Assembly (NCBI GenBank): GCA_022530585.1
Contig: CP092821.1
Location: 198,222 to 262,221, forward strand
Direction of reading: 5' to 3'
Origin: Candidatus Nealsonbacteria bacterium DGGOD1a
GTDB lineage: Bacteria > Patescibacteriota > Minisyncoccia > Minisyncoccales > UBA5738
DNA length: 64,000 bases
In this document: piece by piece, positions 8,621-15,653 of the stretch
How positions within the stretch are numbered: the first letter of the stretch is position 1
Layout: every line of letters begins with the position of its first letter
Made by a program: the position numbers and the translations under genes
The notes under the pieces: generated by a model
Seen by the model: the letters and a program-made list of their open reading frames with translations, nothing else
Told to the model about the DNA's origin: nothing
Databases searched by the model: none

Positions 8621-9460
8621 ATGGATTTTATTTTTTGGTATGTTTTTGTTTCGATATTCGCCGTCGGTATGATTGTCGGCAGTTTTTTGAATTGCTTGAT
8701 CTGGCGATCCTATAATAACGAAAGCGCGCTGGCCGGCCGGTCGTATTGCCCGAATTGCCGCCATAAACTGGCGTGGTTTGATTTGGTTCCTTTGTTCAGT
8801 TTTTTATTTTTGCGCGCCAAATGCCGTTATTGCGAAAAACCGATATCGTGGCAATATCCTTTGGTTGAGTTGGCAACCGGAATTCTTTTCGTCGCCGCGG
8901 CGCGGGCGTTCGCCTCCGGGATTTTTAACGGTTATCTGCCGGTGATTTCCGCGCTTGAGCTGTTGGCGTATTGGGCGATTTTGTCTTCGCTGGTTGTGGT
9001 GTTTGTCGCGGATTTGCGCTGGTATTTTATTCCCGACGGCGCGATCGCCGCGGGGATTTTTGGCGCCGCGGTTTTAACGATCGCGCGATTTTTTGAAAGC
9101 GATTTTATTTTTCACCGATTCGATTGGAACATAATTTTCAATCCGCTGTTGTCGGGGCTGTTCGCCGCGCTGTTTTTTCTGGCGATATTTTTGTTTTCGC
9201 GCGGAAAGTGGATCGGCTTTGGCGATGTCAAATACGCGCTTTTGATGGGATTGGCGCTTGGTTTTCCCGAGACTTTGCTGGCGCTGTTCCTTGCGAATTT
9301 TTTTGGTGCTATAATAGGTTTAGGATTGATCGCGGTTCGGCGCAAGAAGATGTCGTCGGAGATTCCTTTCGGGCCGTTTCTGGTTGGCGGAACGCTGGTC
9401 GCGCTGTTCTTTTCCGGTTCGATACTGAATTGGTATTTGTCGATAGGGATGCATAATTAA
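8621..9460 (+). CDS. pilD: prepilin peptidase / N-methyltransferase (A24 family)
   Basis: 279 aa. N-terminal Zn-finger-like CPNCRHKL...CRYCEKPISWQYPLVELATG, multiple TM helices, and the catalytic-Asp contexts ADLRWYFIPD and IGFGDVKYA. Confidence 0.9.
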   Translation: MDFIFWYVFVSIFAVGMIVGSFLNCLIWRSYNNESALAGRSYCPNCRHKLAWFDLVPLFSFLFLRAKCRYCEKPISWQYPLVELATGILFVAAARAFASGIFNGYLPVISALELLAYWAILSSLVVVFVADLRWYFIPDGAIAAGIFGAAVLTIARFFESDFIFHRFDWNIIFNPLLSGLFAALFFLAIFLFSRGKWIGFGDVKYALLMGLALGFPETLLALFLANFFGAIIGLGLIAVRRKKMSSEIPFGPFLVGGTLVALFFSGSILNWYLSIGMHN

Positions 9461-9576
9461 AAATTTAAAAATCAAAATGAAAAACGACAAATTAAAATAT
9501 TAAAATGTCGAATTTCAATTTTGTCATTTTCCATTTTGATTTTTACATTTTGCATTAAGCTTCATAAATAGGCGCG
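9461..9576. repeat. AT-rich palindromic intergenic module, 'AAATCAAAATG/TGACAA' dialect (P2)
   Basis: aaaaatcaaaatgaaaaacgacaaa ... ttttgtcattttccattttgattttt are long imperfect inverted arms spanning the whole pilD-to-minor-pilin spacer. Confidence 0.6.
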
Positions 9577-10158
9577 ATGGAAATATTACACATAAAGCAA
9601 TTTGCCGGGGCAATTCGCTCAAAACGAGGGTTCACCTTAATTGAGCTGATTACGGTAACCGCGATCATTTTGGTTATCAGCGCCATCTCCATTCCCAATT
9701 ACCGCCAGGGCGGCCGCCAAACGGCGCTGGATATGCAGGCCAATCGGTTCGCGCAGGATTTGCGGCGGATTCAGGAATGGTCGCTGGCGGCGCATCAGGT
9801 GGGCGGCCAGGCAAAACGCGGCTACGGAATATCTTTATCCCAAGGAAACGGCCCGTACATAATTTATCTTGACGACGGCAATAATGGCGGGTCGATTCTT
9901 CCCGGCAACGGGAAATATGACGCTTCTTTCGATACCGTTCAGGAAACTATCGCTCTTGACGGCAAAATTGAAATCGCGGCGTGCGTACCGGCGTGCGCGG
10001 CGACTCCGGCCAGCGTCGAATATATGCCGTCCAATTCGGCGACATGGATAAACGGGATTGAAAGCCAGCCGACCCAGCAGATTAATTTTCGCGTAAAGAA
10101 TACTTCAATGATTCGTTCGGTGATTGCGAATAAAGCAGGATTGATCTATGTCCAATAA
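9577..10158 (+). CDS. minor pilin / pseudopilin with N-terminal methylation motif
   Basis: Leader ...SKRG|FTLIELITVTAIILVISAISIPNY, with no similarity to the major pilins beyond the helix. Confidence 0.75.
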   Translation: MEILHIKQFAGAIRSKRGFTLIELITVTAIILVISAISIPNYRQGGRQTALDMQANRFAQDLRRIQEWSLAAHQVGGQAKRGYGISLSQGNGPYIIYLDDGNNGGSILPGNGKYDASFDTVQETIALDGKIEIAACVPACAATPASVEYMPSNSATWINGIESQPTQQINFRVKNTSMIRSVIANKAGLIYVQ

Positions 10159-10708
10159 TTGTCCGAGAAAAACAAATAACCGATGTTTCGGGTTCACGCT
10201 TATCGAGGTGATGACGGCGCTGACCATAATTATGGTGGGCATTGTGGGTGTTTACGGGCTGGTCAATCAAACTCTTTCCGCGTCAAAAGCCGCGTCAATG
10301 CAATTAACCGCGGCTTATCTGGGAAAGGAGGGGGTCGAGATCGTCAGAAACATTCGCGACGGCAATTATTTAAAATCGCTTAATGGCGAGCCGGGTTATG
10401 ACCAAGATCGCGGTTGGATGAGCGGACTGGCATCTTCCGGGAGTCCGGACAATGTTAATTGCAGTACTGGTTGCGGCGCGGATTATTCGATGCAATTGCT
10501 CAATCGGGATTATGACGCCGTGCCGCTCAAATTTGACGGCAATTTCTATAATTATTCAACGGGCGGCGACACTCCCTATAAAAGAATTATCACCGTGAAT
10601 CATAGTGGCGGCGATTTTTTGGAAGTTATTGTCCGCGTTGACTGGATTGAACATGGCCGAAATCATTCGATGACGGTTCGGGAAAATCTTTACGATTGGT
10701 GGGATTAG
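10148..10708 (+). CDS. minor pilin (PilV/GspI-like) with N-terminal methylation motif
   Basis: Leader ...NRCFG|FTLIEVMTALTIIMVGIVGVYGL. It overlaps the previous gene by 11 nt, which suggests translational coupling. Confidence 0.75.
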   Translation: MSNNCPRKTNNRCFGFTLIEVMTALTIIMVGIVGVYGLVNQTLSASKAASMQLTAAYLGKEGVEIVRNIRDGNYLKSLNGEPGYDQDRGWMSGLASSGSPDNVNCSTGCGADYSMQLLNRDYDAVPLKFDGNFYNYSTGGDTPYKRIITVNHSGGDFLEVIVRVDWIEHGRNHSMTVRENLYDWWD

Positions 10709-10823
10709 CAAGACGCCGCGCCCGTTTCGGCGGTTGTGGCAATTTTAAAATTTATTTATAATAAAAACAGCGCGGTTTGATTTGTCCGTCCGGCCGCGGG
10801 ATATTTTAATTTTAATTTAAAAA

Positions 10824-13088
10824 ATGAATAAAAAAACATTGTTGAATTCTGTTTTGGCGATTTCTTTGGCGGCGTTGCTCTTTGGAACGAATGTCGTTTC
10901 GGTCAATGCTTCGGCCACGAAAGCCAATTTGGAAATTTGCGCTTCCGCCGGCGAATGTATTTCAGGCAATTGCAATAGTTTGATTTGCTGTCCTTCGGGC
11001 ACTTGCGGATGGGGCGATGGAGTTAATTTTGTCCGCGAATGCGTTGCCAGCGGCCAAATTCGAGAAAATTCCTGGGCGAGTTTGATTTGCCGTTCCGGGA
11101 TATGGAAAGTGCGGTTGAATGGCTGGGGTTGCAATAATTCGGCTTGGGGCGGTTGCGATGAGGGATGGTGCCAAACTTTCGGCGATGCCGGTTTTTGCCG
11201 AAGTTGCGCTTTTGACTCTGGCTTGGCTCAAGGTTGTGCCAACGGTGAAGCATGTCCTTCGGGAACTTTATGCAATAATACGGTTTGCTGCCCTTCGGGT
11301 ACTTGCGGTTATGGAGACGGCCTTGTTTTTGGTCGCCAATGCGTGGCTAGCGGCGAAATAAGAGAAAATCTTTGGGGCCGGCAGATATGCCGCAACGGGG
11401 TTTGGAAGACCTTGGTGGGCGGCTGGGGTTGTGATGTTTTTGGGGAGTGCGAATCCGGAAGTTGCCAGGAGATTGGCGGTTACCATTATTGCATATCTTC
11501 CTTGCCGTTTTCTTCTGCGTACACTTCAACCGCTTACAATACGGGAATGTATTGCCAGGGGACTTGCCGTACTTGCGCGTCAGAGGGCAATGTTTGCGGC
11601 AATATGAGCGATAATTGCGGCAGTACAATTAATTGCGGCACATGCACCGGTGGCCAGAGTTGTTACAATAACCGTTGCGTTTTTTGTTTGCCGGGAACTG
11701 TTTCCGGGTGCAAAGTATGTAAATCCGATGGTAGTGCTTGGCAGGATGACGATGCCAAATGTTTAACCAACCAAATCTGTTCTTTGGGGGTTTGTATGGC
11801 CCGTAGTAGTTCCGATAGTCTCTACATTGTTTCAATTGCCATTGCCAACGGCGGCGCCGCCGGATACATCGATATCGGCGATACCATCAAAATTACTTTC
11901 AGCAAAGCCATCGATCCGGCTTCAATCAACAGCGGCCTTTCATCGGGAAGTTATGTTTCCGGCGTCTCTTCTTCCCAGATCGGCGGCGTGAGCGTTTCTT
12001 CGACGGGCATAGTGAATATTAACGGCATCGCCCTTTTTGATACGGGAACGGTGGACGATTCCGGCACTTTCACTTCCAAACTGGCGCTTGATTCCGCGGG
12101 GAAAGTTTTGACCGTAACACTGACGAGCGGCAATGCCATTAGAGTCGTCAGCGAGAATTATAGCGGTACCGTTCAGTTCGGAAATACGGTGAAAGATACC
12201 AACGGCAACGCAATGGCAAGCGATGCGGCCATCGATGATCCGATCGGAGGTTCCGCCGGCACGCTTTCCATTTCTTCCATTGCCATTACCAACGGCGGCG
12301 ATAAAAATTACATTGATATTGGCGATACTGTCAGAATCGCTTTTAGCGAGGCCATCGACCCGGCTTCAATCAGCGGCGGCCTTAATGAAGGCGATTATGT
12401 TTCCGGCGTTTCTTCTTCCCAGACCGGCGGCGTGAGCGTCTCTTCGACAGGCATCGTGACCATCAAAAATATCGCTGTTTTCGACGCTGGTTCGGTGGAT
12501 GATTCCGGCACTTTCACTTCCAAGCTGGCTTTGAGTTCCACCGGCAAAATTTTAACCATTACGCTGACCGGCGGTGGCAATATCAGGATTGCCAATGAGA
12601 GTTTCGGCAGTGCCAGCCAGATTGGCGGTACGGTGGAAAATGTCGATGGCAACGCGATGGAAGAAAAAACTTCCATCGGCAAGCCCGCGGGCGGGTTTGG
12701 GGAAGAAGGCAGTATCGGTGCCAGCGGCGACCTTTCCGTGCTTTATGCCCAGATTGAAGCCTTGAAAGCTGAAATTACGGCTTTGCAAAAACAGTTGGCG
12801 GCGATGGGGACAACGGGAACCGGTTCTTATTCTTGCGCCGGAATCACCAAATACCTTTATTACGGGATAACCGATCCGGAAGTTTCTTGTTTGCAAAATT
12901 TTTTGAAATCGCAAGGTTACGCGGTGTTGGCAACCGGTACCTACGATTTAGCCACTAAAGCCGCCGTCAAGCAGTTTCAGGAAAAATATGCTCGCGAGAT
13001 ACTTGCTCCTTACGGATTAACCTCGGGTTCGGGCAATGTGGGCAATGATACCCGCGGCAAGATTAATCAGCTTATGGCGGTAAAATAA
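10824..13088 (+). CDS. secreted Cys-rich surface protein: 2x Cys-knot-like module, 2x Ig-like (SbsA-type) repeat, coiled coil, C-terminal peptidoglycan-binding domain
   Basis: Sec signal (..VSVNA|SA). The module CxxGxxCxSGxxCNNTVCCPSGxCGxGD...C(V/R)ASG(Q/E)IREN..W occurs twice. A 146-aa repeat (IAIxNGGxxxYIDIGDTxxIxFSxAIDPASI) occurs twice. Coiled coil LSVLYAQIEALKAEITALQKQL. PG_binding_1-like segment GITDPEVSCLQNFLKSQGY...AVKQFQEKY. Confidence 0.75.
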   Translation: MNKKTLLNSVLAISLAALLFGTNVVSVNASATKANLEICASAGECISGNCNSLICCPSGTCGWGDGVNFVRECVASGQIRENSWASLICRSGIWKVRLNGWGCNNSAWGGCDEGWCQTFGDAGFCRSCAFDSGLAQGCANGEACPSGTLCNNTVCCPSGTCGYGDGLVFGRQCVASGEIRENLWGRQICRNGVWKTLVGGWGCDVFGECESGSCQEIGGYHYCISSLPFSSAYTSTAYNTGMYCQGTCRTCASEGNVCGNMSDNCGSTINCGTCTGGQSCYNNRCVFCLPGTVSGCKVCKSDGSAWQDDDAKCLTNQICSLGVCMARSSSDSLYIVSIAIANGGAAGYIDIGDTIKITFSKAIDPASINSGLSSGSYVSGVSSSQIGGVSVSSTGIVNINGIALFDTGTVDDSGTFTSKLALDSAGKVLTVTLTSGNAIRVVSENYSGTVQFGNTVKDTNGNAMASDAAIDDPIGGSAGTLSISSIAITNGGDKNYIDIGDTVRIAFSEAIDPASISGGLNEGDYVSGVSSSQTGGVSVSSTGIVTIKNIAVFDAGSVDDSGTFTSKLALSSTGKILTITLTGGGNIRIANESFGSASQIGGTVENVDGNAMEEKTSIGKPAGGFGEEGSIGASGDLSVLYAQIEALKAEITALQKQLAAMGTTGTGSYSCAGITKYLYYGITDPEVSCLQNFLKSQGYAVLATGTYDLATKAAVKQFQEKYAREILAPYGLTSGSGNVGNDTRGKINQLMAVK
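11029..11620 (+). repeat. ~590-nt block nearly identical to 15871-16462 (dispersed duplicate inside two different genes)
   Basis: At an offset of 4842 nt I see only a handful of substitutions: gatgttt/gatcttt, caggagatt/caaaagatt, ttctgcg/ttccgcg. The flanks diverge on both sides. Confidence 0.85.
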
Positions 13089-13091
13089 TAA

Positions 13092-15584
13092 ATGGCGCCA
13101 GTTCGAAAATTATTTGATTTTGAAAATTTCAATAAAAAAACAGCGGGGGCGGTTTTGGCCGTTGCCGCGGTTTTTTGTTTCGCGTTTTTCGCCGCCGCGC
13201 GGGCCGAAGAAGATTGCGTTCCCAATTTCGTCCATAGCCGCTATGAGTGCGGCGACGCGGAAAAAGACGGTTGTAAAGGAACTTTGAAGGATATTTGGTG
13301 CGATACGGCTTGCGGCTCCGGTTGTACGGTTCATTCGCAAACCGCGTGCCAAGGATGGCAAAAATGCGACGCGGGCAAAGGGTCTTGCGCTTGCGCCGGA
13401 TCGTGTTTGGCAAAAAAAGAATATCAAGCAAAAAACGACCGATATTACGATAAACCGTTTTGCGATCATGGCAAACCGCCGGATGCGTGTGGCAATAATG
13501 GCCCCGACGACCGCACTATGCCGCTGAAATTCGATTGGGAAAACAACGCTCTTTTTGGCGGCGCGGGCAATATTCAATCCTATACGATAGAAATTGACAA
13601 CGACAATTACCAGCTTCAGCAGGAAGGCGAATTCAAGAAAGTTTTGCCTTATGACCATTTTGTTTCGACGATCGACGGCGGAACCTGTTTTTTTAATTCT
13701 TCTTCGGAGATAACTTGGCGGGTTAAGCCGTGCTGCAAGGCCGATGGAACGGAATGCGGCAGTTATAAAGACTTCAAATTTTCCACGACCTCGGCACCGG
13801 AATTGATTGCTCCTTATGACGCGGATTGGGTATATGGCAAATGCACTTCATGGATATATAATCCCACGCCTCCGCCGCAGTTATGCCAAAATGTGCTGCA
13901 ATCCGAACCGGGCGATTGGGTTCTGCGGTGCCAGCCGTTTTGCGTTTCGAACAGTTATTCTTTCAAGGGGATGCAATTAAGGTGGTGTGCGGCCAAATTA
14001 CCGGCCGAATACCAGACATCGGATAAAGTGGCATATGCCAAATCGTACAAGCTGATGGTTTTATCCGATGAAAAAGAGAAAAATGCTCTGAAATGCCATC
14101 CGCTTTTGAGTTCAACCGGCAAATGCAAAGCTGAAGATGTTATTGTCGACCCGCAATTGCCGGATAATTCGGTTGTTAAGTATCCGGAGCAGAGCCGCCA
14201 GCATTTCGCGCTTTTCACGCGCGATCGGCTTTATGACTGGTCGGTGCAAACTTGTTTTGACGATATTGCCTATAAATGCGGCGGCGGCAGTCAATCATGG
14301 AAATTTACAACCAAGATCGAATTGATCGGAGTTCCGGGAGCGGTTTCGCCCAAAAACGATCCGAACGGAATTGAACCGGTGGGCTTGCCGCTGGCGATAA
14401 CATGGACTATTCCGGACGGCGCGAATTCATTCGTTTATCAGGCTTCTTTTTTACCGGGCAGCAAAAAAGTCGACTGGCCGACGGTTCCGAATGAAAAAAT
14501 GAATGCCAATGAAAAAAAATTATTCGATGCGGATAATTTAAAGCCCGACACGGAATACAAGTGGCGAGTTAAAGCTTGCGCTTATTTCAATTCTTCCGAT
14601 TGCGACAGCTGGTCCGAATGGTTTGTTTTCCGTACCACGGGCCGGCCGCCCAAGCCCGAAACGATGAAAGTCGAAGGCAATGTCCCGGCGATTTTTTCCT
14701 GGGAAGCGGTACCCGGCGCGAAATCCTACAATTTCAGCCTTTTCAAATCCAGCGGCGAAACCAAAACCGCGCTTTTAAACGATATTGAATTTTTGAAAAA
14801 CCCGAAATACACTCTTGGGTATCCCGACATTGGCCAGGCGCAAAGTTATTCGTGGAAAGTCCAGACCTGCGCTCATTCCGATGGCACGGTTTGCGGCGCG
14901 TGGAGCGGCGAAAAACCGTTCACCGCTTCCGAGCTGCAGGGGGCGGCCGATTTGAAGCCCGGGGCCGGTTCCACGGTCTGGGCCGATCAAGTATCGCAAA
15001 ATATATCCTGGGGAGAAGTTAAGGGCGCAGTTGCCTACCATTATGTTTTGGAATTTGTTTCATCGGCGGAAAAGCAAGAATGTGTTCAGGAAAAGATCGA
15101 CAAAATAATTTCGCGGACATCGGATGTCGCGGAATTAAAATGCCTGGGCGGTTACCGTTTGGCGGTGCGGCCTTGCGCCGATGCCGGATGCGAAAGCTCC
15201 GGTCCGGAAAGCGAAACAGATTTTATTTTGTCCCAGCATATTCCGGAAAACAAATCCGCGTTCGCGCTTTGCGGCGTCGGTTATGATGATCCGCAAACCG
15301 CTTGGAACGATCGGGAAGCTTGTCAGCCCAAGCATTTGCTGCTGCTGGCAAAAGTTTTTATTGATTTTCTGCTTTTTAAATTATCGGTGTTTCTTTTGCC
15401 GATTCTGGCATTGATCACGGGCTTGATTTTCTATTCGCCGCTGGGCGGTCAGGATATCATGGGAAAAATCAAAATGATGTGGAAAGCGATCGGCATCGGT
15501 TACGCGCTTATGATTTTTGCCTGGATTATCGTCGGAATTTTAATGCAAATCGCCGGTTTTTCCGGGAGTTGGTGGAGGTTGTAG
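13092..15584 (+). CDS. secreted multi-FN3-like Cys-containing protein with C-terminal two-helix VirB2/TrbC-pilin-like membrane domain
   Basis: Sec signal (..FAAARA|EE). Five repeats end in [YT]xW[RKS]V[KQ]xC...C..W..F.T (TWRVKPC, YDWSVQTC, YKWRVKAC, YSWKVQTC, YRLAVRPC). FN3-type starts such as FSWEAVPGAKSY. C-terminus LPILALITGLIFYSPLGGQDIMGKIKMMWKAIGIGYALMIFAWIIVGIL. It starts 4 nt after the previous gene. Confidence 0.7.
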   Translation: MAPVRKLFDFENFNKKTAGAVLAVAAVFCFAFFAAARAEEDCVPNFVHSRYECGDAEKDGCKGTLKDIWCDTACGSGCTVHSQTACQGWQKCDAGKGSCACAGSCLAKKEYQAKNDRYYDKPFCDHGKPPDACGNNGPDDRTMPLKFDWENNALFGGAGNIQSYTIEIDNDNYQLQQEGEFKKVLPYDHFVSTIDGGTCFFNSSSEITWRVKPCCKADGTECGSYKDFKFSTTSAPELIAPYDADWVYGKCTSWIYNPTPPPQLCQNVLQSEPGDWVLRCQPFCVSNSYSFKGMQLRWCAAKLPAEYQTSDKVAYAKSYKLMVLSDEKEKNALKCHPLLSSTGKCKAEDVIVDPQLPDNSVVKYPEQSRQHFALFTRDRLYDWSVQTCFDDIAYKCGGGSQSWKFTTKIELIGVPGAVSPKNDPNGIEPVGLPLAITWTIPDGANSFVYQASFLPGSKKVDWPTVPNEKMNANEKKLFDADNLKPDTEYKWRVKACAYFNSSDCDSWSEWFVFRTTGRPPKPETMKVEGNVPAIFSWEAVPGAKSYNFSLFKSSGETKTALLNDIEFLKNPKYTLGYPDIGQAQSYSWKVQTCAHSDGTVCGAWSGEKPFTASELQGAADLKPGAGSTVWADQVSQNISWGEVKGAVAYHYVLEFVSSAEKQECVQEKIDKIISRTSDVAELKCLGGYRLAVRPCADAGCESSGPESETDFILSQHIPENKSAFALCGVGYDDPQTAWNDREACQPKHLLLLAKVFIDFLLFKLSVFLLPILALITGLIFYSPLGGQDIMGKIKMMWKAIGIGYALMIFAWIIVGILMQIAGFSGSWWRL

Positions 15585-15653
15585 TGTAGTTCTGTTATGA
15601 TATCTTTTTAATTCTAAAAATAGGTTTCGGTTTATAAACTTGTATGAACATAT

